Source of the DNA: a virus
Taxonomy: Duplodnaviria > Caudoviricetes
DNA: 56,794 nucleotides
IMG/VR virus record: IMGVR_UViG_3300042862_000073
Coordinates: 1 to 56,794 of that record
Strand: one strand, 5' to 3'
Shown piece after piece: positions 36,088 through 47,130 of this stretch; position 1 is the stretch's first letter, and every line of letters begins with the position of its first letter. Position numbers and translations under genes: made by a program. The notes under the pieces were generated by a model. That model was given only the letters and a program-made list of their open reading frames with translations. It searched no databases and was not told the origin of the DNA.

Positions 36088-39000
36088 TTATATCAACGCC
36101 TCACTTGGCACATACGTCGTCTTTATTGAGAAAAGGACAACTTTAGATGTGCTGTTTTGGCTGATTACATGTTCAAATACATATCCTCTCAACTGACGCC
36201 CATTTTGTAGTGCAAGTTCAGTTGTTCTAAGGTATGGATCTGATAAATTCACGTTAGTTTTATCTCTCAAGTATGCTGACCAATAGTACCCCTCCTTCAA
36301 CTTAAATAGGGCGGCTGGTATTTCCGAGTTCATCGCAGGGTATGAGCCTGATACAGGCGTGGTAACAGAGTCTACATTGAATACTCCATTAGACCTAATT
36401 CCCATAGTTAACAGCCTTTTAATTGTAATAGCCGATTCATTCATTACGAAATCAATCATTTGTGTTTTAGTTAACCCGTAAAAATTAAGTTCAGCGCCAT
36501 CATTGTGAGAGTATATCTGACTATTTACATTCCAAGACACATTAACAACACCTAAAGTTTCAGCCCACATAGGGTTGTAATCTACCATTGTAATCCATCT
36601 ATCTCTTAGATATGAAAATACCACACCTTCTGTTTCTCTTGGTCGAATAGTATCGTCCTTAAATCCAAAGAAGCAGGTGTATTCCATGTTCTGTTCATCA
36701 ATCATGGATATAATCTCATAGTTATTAAAATCTAGAGAAATTTCAGTAGCCTTTGTGGAAGTGTAATAGTTAAACTTATACTTTCCACTTGATATATCAT
36801 TTTGACCATTATTAGAAGTTCTGATAAAAGCCCCTGTGTAGTAGTCAAAATAATACAAATCTCCCTCAATTAACTGCACGCTTCCCGGGTGAACTGTTCC
36901 AAATAGTGTGTCGTATGGATTAATACCACCAAATACTTTATCTGTATAGGCAAGTTGACCTGCTCCATCACCACCTGTTGCGTATGACTTTTGAATATAT
37001 ACCGCCGTTTCTTTTCTGTCTTGCAATACTTTCAATGTATATCCAACCTGCTTTAATCGGTTAATAGAACCAAATGTATCGTCAAGATATCGGCTAGAAC
37101 CTAGACCTTGAAATGCAGAAAGTCCATTGATATTACTATCTTGAACAAGAGGAAGTGAGTGTATTACACTTGATTTAAGATGGCGGCGTTTCGCGTTTAT
37201 GTCGTCGACACCAAATCTTCCAAGACCTAAGCTATTAGACGTATAGTAATCACTAAAGTTGTAATCTTCTATCCAAGAATAAATATACTTAGGGAACACA
37301 TTTGGCTGATAATTATATATTTTCACGTAAGAAGATCCATTCCAATACCAATATTCATAAGCAGATTCTGATATTTGAACATTATACAAAACAGATATAT
37401 CTGGATAAATAGGTAAATTATCAATACCATCTACATAAACTCCTTTTACTCCAGTTGAATACTGACGTACTCTTAACCAAACATCACCATAACTTAAATT
37501 AACTATAGCAGGTAATAATGATGTTTGATTTTGTGAATTTCCAGCATGATATCTATTTTCTGTATGTGGGTTTAAAATAACATATCCTTCTCCAACATTT
37601 GCTGGGTCTTGTATCTCAAACCAAAGGTCATCAGCAGATTCTTCTCTTTTTGTATATATCTCTATTAAAGATCCTACCCCTCCGTTAAATCCACCTATTA
37701 TAGAATCGTAATCAAAAATAGATACTAATATAAAAGGGCCGGAATCAACACCTCCACTAGGGCTGTATTCAATTACTTCTGTTTCATAGTACTCAGAACA
37801 GTAATCTGGAGATGGATATTCGTATCCATTAGCCGTTGTGTTTGGATAAGGCTGAACCGACTTCTTGATAAATCTAACAATATCTCCTTTTTGAGGAGTG
37901 TGATTTACAGTAGCTCCTTTATATATTTTTGTATACTCATCATCTATTGATATTAGTAAAGCGAATGGAGATTCAGGATCAACAGATATGTCTTTTATTG
38001 TAGTTTGCTGAAAATTAGTCATCAACTCATCCTTTTTAACAAGGATTTGATAATGCGTAGCCCATTCAGGAGGAGTGTGATTAATTGTTAATTTAGCACT
38101 GACATAATACGGATTATTTGGATATGATAACCCTGATAAATCCTCTCCTGAAGGAAACGGAACATCTAATTCAATAGGTAAAATATCACTTCTGTTCTGA
38201 ACTGATCCAGACCTGTTTCCTCTATCGTAATATTGGATTCCAAATACTTTTTTAGAACCTTTTTTTAAGGACCTAACCGCAAAATTTCTTCTTAATACTT
38301 TACAAGTAGATACTGGTACATTTGCACTTCCAGGAGGATATATAGGACAATAACCATCTATTCTTATAAGTGATATTATAACCGAAGCTTCTATATAAGC
38401 TGTTATACCTATAGATACAAACCAAGCTACAATACTATCCGCTAGATTATTTAATTTATCAACATTGCTTCCTGGAAACGATACATCAGATTGAGTAATT
38501 TCATAATAATAATTTCTTAAAGTGGATTGACCTAAAGAAGTATTGAATAAATTCATTACTATAACATCACCTTCCATGTATTCAAAAGTGTAATTCACTT
38601 CAGGGAATCCAACATAAACAGTATAATATGGAGCTAAAAACAAACGTGTATGACCTGTAGCTACAGTTGGATCCGAAGCATCAAAAAAAGATATGTTTGA
38701 AAAAGGAGTTTCCTTATATTCATTTCCATTGAAAGAAACATTATTTACAACTCTTTCAACAGAAATATCTATATCTTTAAGAAGATCATAATCTGCATAA
38801 TAATTTCCATACACGAGGCTATTATTTGATAACACCTCTTGACACAACGCAATTTGAGGTATTAAATCATAATTGTATTCCGTGTAAGTCGCTGGTTTGG
38901 AAGCTTCATTTCCATCAAAAACAACATTATAAGTTATGTTGTCAGAAATGCCATCTTGTATTTTATTAACCTCTTTAAAAACAACCCAAACTCCATTATC

Positions 39001-39876
39001 TCCATTTCTATACGCTATCTTAAAACCTTTTACAATACATGATCCTGTTTCAATAGTAATTTGTATTTCATTATCTATTAAAGGATCTTGAAAATCTCTA
39101 CCAGATACAAAATCAATATTTTGAGGAATACTTAAAACACTATACATTGACCACTTAGACTCCTCGTTATTATCATATACATATTGATATGAAAATTGAG
39201 GCTGCATGCCATATAGTTTATTAAACTGCTTATTTGTATTATTTTGATATTGACATATAGGTTTAAACACAGGAGGATACTTTAACGCATCTAAAGTTTC
39301 AAAAGACTCATCAATAGTTGAAAAGGCATTTGCAGGATACCCTTCAGGATCTGCTCCAAAAGAAGCCATGTACTTAATCGCCTTGTTGATGTCAATCTTT
39401 CTCGGCGGATTGAATTGCAATAGCCCGTCAACATTGTATTCAAAGTTGTCAAAGTATCCATCCGTCCAATACAATAGATTGTCTACAATATTGGTGTGAT
39501 ACACCTTATTTGAAAGTTGGAAGTTAAGTGCTGTTCCTCCTACACCTAAAAGCCAGTTACCTAGCACTAGAGTAATAGAGAAGTCATTGATGTTATACGA
39601 CCATATTGTATGGTCCCCTGTTGAGTTGTGAACCATGTAGATGATAGACGAACCTTCAATCCATCTAGCGCTACCTATAACTGTGTTTGTTCCTGCTGGA
39701 AGATCGGGGTTGTTGTGAAGCAGATTACCCGGCATAGATTCCATAGCACCCTGATTCTGCGATTCAGCAGAACCCGAGCGTGTATACTTGGACATTCTAA
39801 AGTCACCATTGGGAATTAGACGTGCCTCATCATCGGTGTTAATTCCACCTGAAAATATAATATCTTTTGCTTCCAT
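36088..39876 (-). CDS. Tail muzzle / stabilisation protein (P22 gp10-like position)
   Basis: 1262 aa beta-rich; F.GG.NTD start, LYWTD..NPPRKI, QFSYQYVY..EES, FGIQYYD.G motifs; crAss-like synteny. Confidence 0.8.
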   Translation of the reverse strand: MEAKDIIFSGGINTDDEARLIPNGDFRMSKYTRSGSAESQNQGAMESMPGNLLHNNPDLPAGTNTVIGSARWIEGSSIIYMVHNSTGDHTIWSYNINDFSITLVLGNWLLGVGGTALNFQLSNKVYHTNIVDNLLYWTDGYFDNFEYNVDGLLQFNPPRKIDINKAIKYMASFGADPEGYPANAFSTIDESFETLDALKYPPVFKPICQYQNNTNKQFNKLYGMQPQFSYQYVYDNNEESKWSMYSVLSIPQNIDFVSGRDFQDPLIDNEIQITIETGSCIVKGFKIAYRNGDNGVWVVFKEVNKIQDGISDNITYNVVFDGNEASKPATYTEYNYDLIPQIALCQEVLSNNSLVYGNYYADYDLLKDIDISVERVVNNVSFNGNEYKETPFSNISFFDASDPTVATGHTRLFLAPYYTVYVGFPEVNYTFEYMEGDVIVMNLFNTSLGQSTLRNYYYEITQSDVSFPGSNVDKLNNLADSIVAWFVSIGITAYIEASVIISLIRIDGYCPIYPPGSANVPVSTCKVLRRNFAVRSLKKGSKKVFGIQYYDRGNRSGSVQNRSDILPIELDVPFPSGEDLSGLSYPNNPYYVSAKLTINHTPPEWATHYQILVKKDELMTNFQQTTIKDISVDPESPFALLISIDDEYTKIYKGATVNHTPQKGDIVRFIKKSVQPYPNTTANGYEYPSPDYCSEYYETEVIEYSPSGGVDSGPFILVSIFDYDSIIGGFNGGVGSLIEIYTKREESADDLWFEIQDPANVGEGYVILNPHTENRYHAGNSQNQTSLLPAIVNLSYGDVWLRVRQYSTGVKGVYVDGIDNLPIYPDISVLYNVQISESAYEYWYWNGSSYVKIYNYQPNVFPKYIYSWIEDYNFSDYYTSNSLGLGRFGVDDINAKRRHLKSSVIHSLPLVQDSNINGLSAFQGLGSSRYLDDTFGSINRLKQVGYTLKVLQDRKETAVYIQKSYATGGDGAGQLAYTDKVFGGINPYDTLFGTVHPGSVQLIEGDLYYFDYYTGAFIRTSNNGQNDISSGKYKFNYYTSTKATEISLDFNNYEIISMIDEQNMEYTCFFGFKDDTIRPRETEGVVFSYLRDRWITMVDYNPMWAETLGVVNVSWNVNSQIYSHNDGAELNFYGLTKTQMIDFVMNESAITIKRLLTMGIRSNGVFNVDSVTTPVSGSYPAMNSEIPAALFKLKEGYYWSAYLRDKTNVNLSDPYLRTTELALQNGRQLRGYVFEHVISQNSTSKVVLFSIKTTYVPSEALI

Positions 39877-40622
39877 TAGCGAATGTTAAATCCACAAGCT
39901 GCGTAAATGGTATCCATCGCCTCGTCCATAACAGGGCCTTTAACCAAAATATTCGCATCCCATAGGGTGTCCTTGTACTGTCTTTCCTTATCCTTAGCCA
40001 TAGAAACAATCTCCGGCTTGAGTTCGCACATCTGCCATATCAAATAGTTTCTAAATGCCTCAACATAAGCAACAGGAACTAGAGTGCATCCATTGACATT
40101 TCTGCCTGAACTTAGATACTCAATAACGGCCTGACCTGTAGGTAGTGCCTCAACGAATTGAATGTATCTGTTAGCTTCATTAACTCGATAGTAGTTGACG
40201 TTAAATCCACCACCAGCTGTGTATAGAGGTCCATAGTATGTTCCGTTATAGAATCCTTCGGCTATCCAAAATCCACTGCCGATAGCTCCAGATTCTGCAC
40301 TTCTTATATCATTACATATTTCGGGACCTGAAGATAGAGCAATAGTATTGTCTATACCTAGAGTCCACACACGATTTCCAATCTTATAACCAACCTTGGT
40401 ATAACGAATGAAATCACTTGGCATTGGCCAAATACGAGTGTTAGCATTTACAGTAACATAGTCAACTACAACAGAAGGCATCTCATAACCACGAAGTTTC
40501 TCTTGATAGAACTCAATGGCTAGCTGCTCAATCCATTCGTAGTCGCTAGTAGTGTATCCGAAGTTTTTCATTCGGCTGATAGCTGACATCGTAACGTATG
40601 TAATATTTTTAACTGGCTCCAT
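39876..40622 (-). CDS. Tail ring / tubular protein
   Basis: MPSDFIRYTKV motif; directly upstream of muzzle gene. Confidence 0.7.
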   Translation of the reverse strand: MEPVKNITYVTMSAISRMKNFGYTTSDYEWIEQLAIEFYQEKLRGYEMPSVVVDYVTVNANTRIWPMPSDFIRYTKVGYKIGNRVWTLGIDNTIALSSGPEICNDIRSAESGAIGSGFWIAEGFYNGTYYGPLYTAGGGFNVNYYRVNEANRYIQFVEALPTGQAVIEYLSSGRNVNGCTLVPVAYVEAFRNYLIWQMCELKPEIVSMAKDKERQYKDTLWDANILVKGPVMDEAMDTIYAACGFNIR

Positions 40623-41215
40623 TATTTAGCTGGCTGTGTTGGTTTGTCCGAATCAGGGACATTGTTATTATACACCTCTTCTGGTTTCAATCCTGCCTGT
40701 TGAATCATCTGAACTACCATCTGGAAGATAGCAGCCTCCTTTCCCGGAGCCGACAAATAATCATCATCAGACATTGAGTTAGGATTAGGTATCATATCTA
40801 CCGTAATAGTTTCTGTAGGGATTCCATTGAAGTATAGCTTACGACCTTGTAGGTATGCTGTCACAAGATTAGTTTGCGGCTTCAAAATATTCATGATGTG
40901 GTTCTCAATAGTACCCATGCGAGGAGGATACCAACATCCATCACTTCCACTAATGTATGTTAAACTTTCGCTACCCATTAAAGGTGTAGCAGGAAGGTCA
41001 ACGTAAAATCTTGGAGCCGTCCCCTGACGTTCTAAATCGTAGGGAACAGAAGCATCCTTCTTAGCTTGAGGATTAGAATAGACAACATCAGTATATACTA
41101 GACCGATAAGATAGGCAATAACTTGATAGGGATACTTTCCTTTGATATCCTCCGTTACATCACCACCTGCTAGGCGGTTCTGTATCAATTCGACCATCTG
41201 TCTTTTAGTAATCAT
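40622..41215 (-). CDS. Tail ring / connector protein
   Basis: Synteny, size and translational coupling. Confidence 0.6.
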   Translation of the reverse strand: MITKRQMVELIQNRLAGGDVTEDIKGKYPYQVIAYLIGLVYTDVVYSNPQAKKDASVPYDLERQGTAPRFYVDLPATPLMGSESLTYISGSDGCWYPPRMGTIENHIMNILKPQTNLVTAYLQGRKLYFNGIPTETITVDMIPNPNSMSDDDYLSAPGKEAAIFQMVVQMIQQAGLKPEEVYNNNVPDSDKPTQPAK

Positions 41216-41934
41216 TATTGTCCTTTATTTATATCTAATGTCTGCAAGTTAAACTGAGATCTGATATTAATTGTAAAGTATTTTACTATCAATTCAACAA
41301 GGTTGTATGTAACCGACTCCGGCCATTCAAACTCAACACTTGCACTTGGAGTTCCCACAGGAGCAACAGAGCTGTTCTGATGGTATGTTCCAGGTGGAAG
41401 ATAGAAGATCTCTGTACCTACAATATCGTAGTCAAATACAGGGTCTGTTGGGCGGCGTAAATATGTAAATGTTACGGCTTCGATTCCAATAGGTCTAAGA
41501 AGCATTCTGTTATTCTGAATAGCTGATATCGGACGGTCCAAACTCGGAGCCATAATCTCTGTTCCAATACGATATCCAAAGTCTGCCTGATTCAAAAACT
41601 CAATAGGACGAACCTTTTCAATAGCACCTGCGCAAGTATTGTCAAACTGAGAAGTATAGGAGCGAACATAGTAGTAGTAGTCCTCTGGGAACTCGTAGTA
41701 TCCAAAAGAATCAACCGGGATTGGAGTGCTTCCACTATCACCAATAGTAGTTACATAAGGAAGAAGGTCGTCAGTAATCTCACGCTTTTCTTCAAAGACT
41801 TTAAGTAGGTCATTAATCTGTTCAAGATTGACCCACTTAATAGCCTCATTGTAATTCCTCGGAGTAATGTAACCACCATACTGGTCTTTACCTAGTTGGT
41901 TGTATACCTTATCTAATATCTCTCCTAAATTCAT
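41215..41934 (-). CDS. Head-tail ring protein (crAss gene 74-like)
   Basis: KDQYGGYITP..YN, FPEDYYY, YLRRP..P motifs. Confidence 0.7.
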   Translation of the reverse strand: MNLGEILDKVYNQLGKDQYGGYITPRNYNEAIKWVNLEQINDLLKVFEEKREITDDLLPYVTTIGDSGSTPIPVDSFGYYEFPEDYYYYVRSYTSQFDNTCAGAIEKVRPIEFLNQADFGYRIGTEIMAPSLDRPISAIQNNRMLLRPIGIEAVTFTYLRRPTDPVFDYDIVGTEIFYLPPGTYHQNSSVAPVGTPSASVEFEWPESVTYNLVELIVKYFTINIRSQFNLQTLDINKGQ

Positions 41935-42005
41935 ATTCTATTAATTATATACTATGATTTTGGTAGACGTATCTACTATTAAAATCTTTAATAGTCAGAG
42001 GTATT

Positions 42006-42031
42006 AGAAGGGGATTTTATAGTCCCCTTCT
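42006..42031. terminator. Hairpin between fibre and ring genes
   Basis: AGAAGGGGA-N8-TCCCCTTCT. Confidence 0.6.
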
Positions 42032-42050
42032 TTAACCTGTGATTATTTTA

Positions 42051-43667
42051 TTATGCAACGTACATTGGAATCTTATAGTTCACTCCATTAACACGTACAG
42101 TCCATGTTCTAGTAGTAGCAGCAGGTGTTTCAGTAGTAACAGCTCCAGCGTTTTGAATAGTTGAACCTACAACAAACTGATTATTACCATTTGCTTGTGC
42201 TTGATATCCTAATATAACTGAACCATTAAATCCTAGTGAACTTGTACCAGATCCAACTGCTACATTGTAAGAACCGTTTCCACCAAACAATGAACTATAT
42301 CCAATTGCTGTGTTATACTCTCCTGTTGTATTAAAGGATAAAGTACTTGCTCCCAATGCAGTATTACCAACACCTGTAGTAGTATTTTGACCAGAGAATG
42401 CTCCAACAAGTGTACTGTTATTAGCTGTTGTATGGAATTTACCAGCTGATGCTCCTAGTGCAACACTATTAAAAGGATTAGTTGCATAATAAAAAGATTC
42501 CTCTCCAATAGCGGTTACAAAACCAGCACCAGTATTTGAAAATAATGCATCAACACCTATTGCAGTATTAAAACTAACACCTGATGTTTGAGATTGTGAT
42601 GCTCCACTACCAATTGCAACGTTGCCAATACCATCAGTATTATTAGTTAATGCATTATAACCAATAGCCGTATTAGTTGCTCCTGTGGTATTAAACTTGA
42701 GGCTGCTTTTTCCTATTGATACATTATTTCCTCCAGTAGTATTGTTAGTTAAAGCCTCTACTCCAACTGCTGTATTAGCTGATCCTGTGGTATTTCTAAA
42801 CATAGCATCACCTCCAACTGCTGTATTGTTAGACCCTGTATTATTCATTAAGGCTACACTTCCTACAGCAGTATTCAAAAATCCTATCTGATTTGTTTGT
42901 AAAGTTCTAGCTCCAACAGCCGTGTTGCCACCTCCTGTAGTAGTTAATAAACCTGCATTATTACCTAAAAATACGTTTTCAAATGCTGTAGTCAATGAAA
43001 ATCCCGCATAAGAACCAAAAGCTGTATTAGATCCTCCTGTAGTATTACTATATAATGTTTGGTATCCATAAGCAGTATTTTGATTTCCGGTTGTATTAGA
43101 TTTTAACGCACCATCTCCAAACGTAGTGTTCTCTCCAATATTACCTTGACCATTATTCCAAACTGTTTTATCTGTAGCGTTAAACTCTAAGTTTGGAACA
43201 GATCCACTAGCTCCAGCAGGACCTTGTGGGCCAGTTGGACCTTGCAATCCAGTAGCACCAGTAGCACCGATAGCTCCTTGAGAAGCAAGCAATGCCCAGT
43301 TAGTAGTGTTAGAAGCAGGATTAGTTGTTCCTGAAGTAGCAAGAATACAATAGTATGAAGCTCCGTTGTAACCAACTGCATCATTCAAAATGTATGATGT
43401 ACCTGATACCCACGTACCTTGCCAGTTTAATCCAGCAGGACCTACAGGACCAGGAACTCCAGCAGGACCAGTTGCACCTGCAACACCTTGTGCTCCAGTA
43501 GGGCCCGGAGGAAGAGTTGCAACAAAATCATTTACAGTAATAATATTACCAGTGCTAGGACTAGACCCATCTAAAATGTTTAAATAGGTGTCTGCCGGAT
43601 TGCTGATAGTTGATCTTGTCAACCCAAGCATGTTTTTTGTTAGATAAAACCAATTTCTAATAGCCAT
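42051..43667 (-). CDS. Fibre protein with collagen repeats and adhesin-head-like beta-roll repeats
   Basis: GxP/GxT triplets; WQGTWVSGTSY...DAV.YNG module; many NTTG..NTA.G..AL 14-aa repeats. Confidence 0.85.
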   Translation of the reverse strand: MAIRNWFYLTKNMLGLTRSTISNPADTYLNILDGSSPSTGNIITVNDFVATLPPGPTGAQGVAGATGPAGVPGPVGPAGLNWQGTWVSGTSYILNDAVGYNGASYYCILATSGTTNPASNTTNWALLASQGAIGATGATGLQGPTGPQGPAGASGSVPNLEFNATDKTVWNNGQGNIGENTTFGDGALKSNTTGNQNTAYGYQTLYSNTTGGSNTAFGSYAGFSLTTAFENVFLGNNAGLLTTTGGGNTAVGARTLQTNQIGFLNTAVGSVALMNNTGSNNTAVGGDAMFRNTTGSANTAVGVEALTNNTTGGNNVSIGKSSLKFNTTGATNTAIGYNALTNNTDGIGNVAIGSGASQSQTSGVSFNTAIGVDALFSNTGAGFVTAIGEESFYYATNPFNSVALGASAGKFHTTANNSTLVGAFSGQNTTTGVGNTALGASTLSFNTTGEYNTAIGYSSLFGGNGSYNVAVGSGTSSLGFNGSVILGYQAQANGNNQFVVGSTIQNAGAVTTETPAATTRTWTVRVNGVNYKIPMYVA

Positions 43668-43705
43668 TTTTTTGTTTTTTTTAATTAATATTTATTGATG
43701 TTTTT

Positions 43706-46012
43706 TTATAATGAGAATTTAAATGTTTCTAAGGTTACATCGACAGGAACAGTACCACCAACTCTGTCTACAGCAATTGAAAAATACATATCCTGAGCCC
43801 AATCTATCGCAGTTGCTCCTGTTTCAGATTCAAGTCCATAAAACATTTGAACTTGAAATCCTCCAGTGCTAGCTTTATTTCCACTGAAAGAAGGCGCGTA
43901 TTTAGTAAGCTCACCAACTTCAGCTATCAATTGACCCGTAAGTCTTGTTGTTGATATTGTAGTTGAAAACGAATTAACTAATTGATATATATTTTGAGTT
44001 GCATTTGATAGGTTTCCAACTAAACTGATATACCCGTCGTAGTTCGTTGTATTTACAGGAGCTCCTACCTTGTAGATAAGTTTATATACAATGTCAGTAG
44101 CTCCAGATGATGTGATTCCTTTTGTTAAAAGAACAGTAACGTCAATTAATTCTCTAACAACTTGTCCGGCTGGAATTAAGAACATATTAAGACCTGTCAA
44201 TGTCGCTGGTGCACAAGATACTGTTACGTTATAATAACCACCTATTTTAACAACTCCAACTCCAGGGATTCCTTGAGGACCCTGAGGACCAGTATCCCCA
44301 GTTAAACCAATAGGGCCTTGTGGGCCAATAGGGCCTTGTGGACCTTCTGGACCCATTGGACCTTCAGCTCCATTAACTCCATCAATTCCATTAGTTCCAT
44401 CAATACCAGCAGGACCCATAGGGCCTTGAGTACCCGGTATACCGCCATTAGATAGCGGCGTCCAATGAGCATTATCAAAGAATGGGGGTTCTGTAGAGGT
44501 TATAGGCCCATCAAAACAAACGTACGATACCCAACCACTTCCTCCTGAATCATCAACAACTACACTGTATGTAGGATATTCTGTGCTCGCATCCCAATAA
44601 CCCTCCCAAGTTAATCCAGCAGGAACAGGAGGTCCCATTGGACCTTCAGGGCCTTGTGGACCTGTAGCCCCAGTTGGCCCATTTTCTCCATTTTCTCCAT
44701 TTTCTCCATTTTCTCCATTTTCTCCAGGAGTTCCAGCAGGACCTTGAGAACCTTGCGGGCCGATAGGACCTTGAGGACCGATGATTTGAGGAAGATTGTC
44801 TACTGATTCTTGAAGTTCTAAATAGGCTTCATATAGGGCCTCAAAAGCAGGAGTTCCTGTTTGAGAAGTGTTGTCTACCCATTGCGGACCATCGGAAGAA
44901 CAACAATTGCAAGCGCAGTCTGTTCCGCTAGCACTTAATAGGTCAACCATTTGGTTGTAGTAGTTCTCATAGTCAGCGTGATTTCCGCACGCTTGAGCCT
45001 CTTTTGCTAGAGGATATAAAAGCGCTATACCATCTACATATCTTTGATATGGGCTTGTACTTCCGCAATTCAAGGCGTCCATGTGCTTTGTGTAAAGAGC
45101 ATTGATGCAATCGTCTAAACCACATAGTGTTCCTGCACAAGTAACTGTTGATTCAACCGATTCGTTTAGTGCTGCTAACAGGACTAGATCATCATCTTGA
45201 GTAATTGTTAGTGTAGCTGATATAGCGGCTGTCCAAGTTCCTGTGGCCAACTCTGTTAAAGTTAGGATAGACGTTGTAGTTGTCTGTGGATTAACAGCAG
45301 GTGCAGGATACAATCCATTTGGATAATACGCACTTAATACTCTTGAACCAACAGTAAATCCTAAATAGTCTGTATTATCTGTAAATGTAATAGAACCAAA
45401 TTGGCTAGATTGACAATCGTATACAGTTGAAATAGATAGTATTGGAAGTGTGCATCCTGAGTATGTGTAGTCATCATTAAACACTCGATTTAATGAGAAT
45501 GACATAATAAGAGTACCTTCTGGATTTAAGTCCTCTACAGTAAAAATTGTAGACGCATCTCCATCCCAAGTAACACTTAAGACAGTTTTAAAACCGTTAT
45601 TTCCTGCCGGAGATGATGATAATTGAATTAAATCTCCTGGTTGTAATACATCTGTCAAATCAACTCCTTCAACAAACACATCGTTTGCATCAAGAACATA
45701 ACAATCTCCAGTCGTGTAGGATAGATTAGCTGTATATGTTAAACCGTAAGGTCCGTTAAGTATGTTTCCGTTTAATAGTGGAAGATTATAACCAATAGAC
45801 GTTGTTTGCCCATTGCTAATTTCAATTGGCGGCGTTGCTAAATTTGTTTGATTCACAAACGCTGAACCTCCAGGTCCTGTCATTAAAATCAATCCTTTAA
45901 CCGTAATTATTGACGGGTTAATACCCTGATTCAAGTAATTAGTTTCGTCTTGAATTGTAACAGTTTTAGAAGCTACATTAAATGTAGTTGTTACGTTAAA
46001 ATTTAGTGCCAT
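43706..46012 (-). CDS. Collagen-repeat virion fibre protein
   Basis: Two (Gly-X-Y)n tracts; Cys-rich CACNCC linker; likely start MALNFNV at 46012 because the upstream extension overlaps a terminator and promoter. Confidence 0.8.
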   Translation of the reverse strand: MALNFNVTTTFNVASKTVTIQDETNYLNQGINPSIITVKGLILMTGPGGSAFVNQTNLATPPIEISNGQTTSIGYNLPLLNGNILNGPYGLTYTANLSYTTGDCYVLDANDVFVEGVDLTDVLQPGDLIQLSSSPAGNNGFKTVLSVTWDGDASTIFTVEDLNPEGTLIMSFSLNRVFNDDYTYSGCTLPILSISTVYDCQSSQFGSITFTDNTDYLGFTVGSRVLSAYYPNGLYPAPAVNPQTTTTSILTLTELATGTWTAAISATLTITQDDDLVLLAALNESVESTVTCAGTLCGLDDCINALYTKHMDALNCGSTSPYQRYVDGIALLYPLAKEAQACGNHADYENYYNQMVDLLSASGTDCACNCCSSDGPQWVDNTSQTGTPAFEALYEAYLELQESVDNLPQIIGPQGPIGPQGSQGPAGTPGENGENGENGENGENGPTGATGPQGPEGPMGPPVPAGLTWEGYWDASTEYPTYSVVVDDSGGSGWVSYVCFDGPITSTEPPFFDNAHWTPLSNGGIPGTQGPMGPAGIDGTNGIDGVNGAEGPMGPEGPQGPIGPQGPIGLTGDTGPQGPQGIPGVGVVKIGGYYNVTVSCAPATLTGLNMFLIPAGQVVRELIDVTVLLTKGITSSGATDIVYKLIYKVGAPVNTTNYDGYISLVGNLSNATQNIYQLVNSFSTTISTTRLTGQLIAEVGELTKYAPSFSGNKASTGGFQVQMFYGLESETGATAIDWAQDMYFSIAVDRVGGTVPVDVTLETFKFSL
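44681..44725. repeat. 9-bp tandem repeat x5 (Gly-Glu-Asn)
   Basis: ATTTTCTCC five times, exact. Confidence 0.9.
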
Positions 46013-46037
46013 AATACGTATACGTTTGTACAAAACT

Positions 46038-46070
46038 AAAAAAGGCGGTGGAAAATCCAACCGCCATTTT
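46038..46070 (-). terminator. Terminator abutting a -7 promoter element
   Basis: GGCGGT...ACCGCC stem with T6 on - strand; TAGTTTTG at 46031-46038. Confidence 0.65.
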
Positions 46071-46086
46071 AATAATTTATTCTACT

Positions 46087-47061
46087 TTACTTCGAGTATT
46101 TCTCGATTGCGTCTTGAGCTGCTAAATCATTAGTAACGAACTCAATAAGATTAAAGATTTCCTCGTTTTCACCTGTACCTGCAACCTTGCAAATAGCCTT
46201 TGGTTTTCCTCCCGTCTTAATCTTCCAATCTGCACCGTCATTGTAAATTTTGGTAGCCTCAATCAAAGCAACAATTCTGTTTTTTAAGCTTGTTGTTTCT
46301 ACTACGGCCTCTACAGTTGTTGCGGCTTCCGAAACTTTTGGTTTGTAGGATACCTCTTCTACTTCAGGAGTAATAGAACGCTTGATTGAATAGTACTTCT
46401 CTTGAGATGTCTTAGATCCTGAAACCAAATCAAACAATGTGATACGGTCTACCTTCTCCTCATTTCTGATAGGAACATTCATCTTAGTCATTACTGCTTT
46501 CAAAACTTCAAATGAAACACGAGTTCCTTCAATAAGAAGCTCATCTTCAAACTTACGACGTGAAGATATATTATCCCATTTGCTTTCTACATCATCAGAA
46601 GGAATTACAAATGTAAAATCTGCATTGTCTTTTCTGTATGTACAATCATTATTGTTAAACTCAGGACAATAGAACCATAAGAAAATCAATAGTTCTAAAT
46701 CTATAGCCGGATCCAACTTGGAATTATGGGCAAGTTGAAGATTTAGATTGTTAAACTTATATTCTCCGTTTGAGTAGTTTGGAGCTGATCTAGAAAAAAT
46801 AACTTCTACATTGAAGCCATCTTCCATATCATGTCCAATAGACTTAATACCTTTTGGTGTTGGTGGGATAACCCGGTTTCCAACTTTTGTATCTCCACCT
46901 GGAGTGAACAAATCTACAACACGCATTCTGTGCTTTGCGTATGTGTAAAAAATTGGTAAAGCCCCCTGTTTTCTAAAAAACGATGGGAATGTTTCTTTTA
47001 GGATTTCAATATGACCTTGTAAATCCTCTTTTGCTAACCTTTTGCCTTCTCTGTATAACAT
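46087..47061 (-). CDS. Conserved head-module protein (crAss gene 75-like position)
   Basis: 324 aa directly downstream of MCP. Confidence 0.6.
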   Translation of the reverse strand: MLYREGKRLAKEDLQGHIEILKETFPSFFRKQGALPIFYTYAKHRMRVVDLFTPGGDTKVGNRVIPPTPKGIKSIGHDMEDGFNVEVIFSRSAPNYSNGEYKFNNLNLQLAHNSKLDPAIDLELLIFLWFYCPEFNNNDCTYRKDNADFTFVIPSDDVESKWDNISSRRKFEDELLIEGTRVSFEVLKAVMTKMNVPIRNEEKVDRITLFDLVSGSKTSQEKYYSIKRSITPEVEEVSYKPKVSEAATTVEAVVETTSLKNRIVALIEATKIYNDGADWKIKTGGKPKAICKVAGTGENEEIFNLIEFVTNDLAAQDAIEKYSK

Positions 47062-47087
47062 GATTTATAATTTTAATTTTAAAAGTA

Positions 47088-47120
47088 TAAAGGGCAGGGA
47101 CGCTTTGTCCCCACCCTATT
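47088..47120 (-). terminator. Hairpin after major capsid gene
   Basis: AGGG.AGGGAC...GTCCC..CCCT imperfect stem followed by T-rich tract on - strand. Confidence 0.55.
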
Positions 47121-47130
47121 ATAAGTTAGA

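Noticed and set aside
46013-46060. N-terminal extension [16 protein letters not shown] of the collagen fibre ORF
   Set aside because: Overlaps a terminator hairpin and a -7 promoter element; ATG at 46012 is the better start
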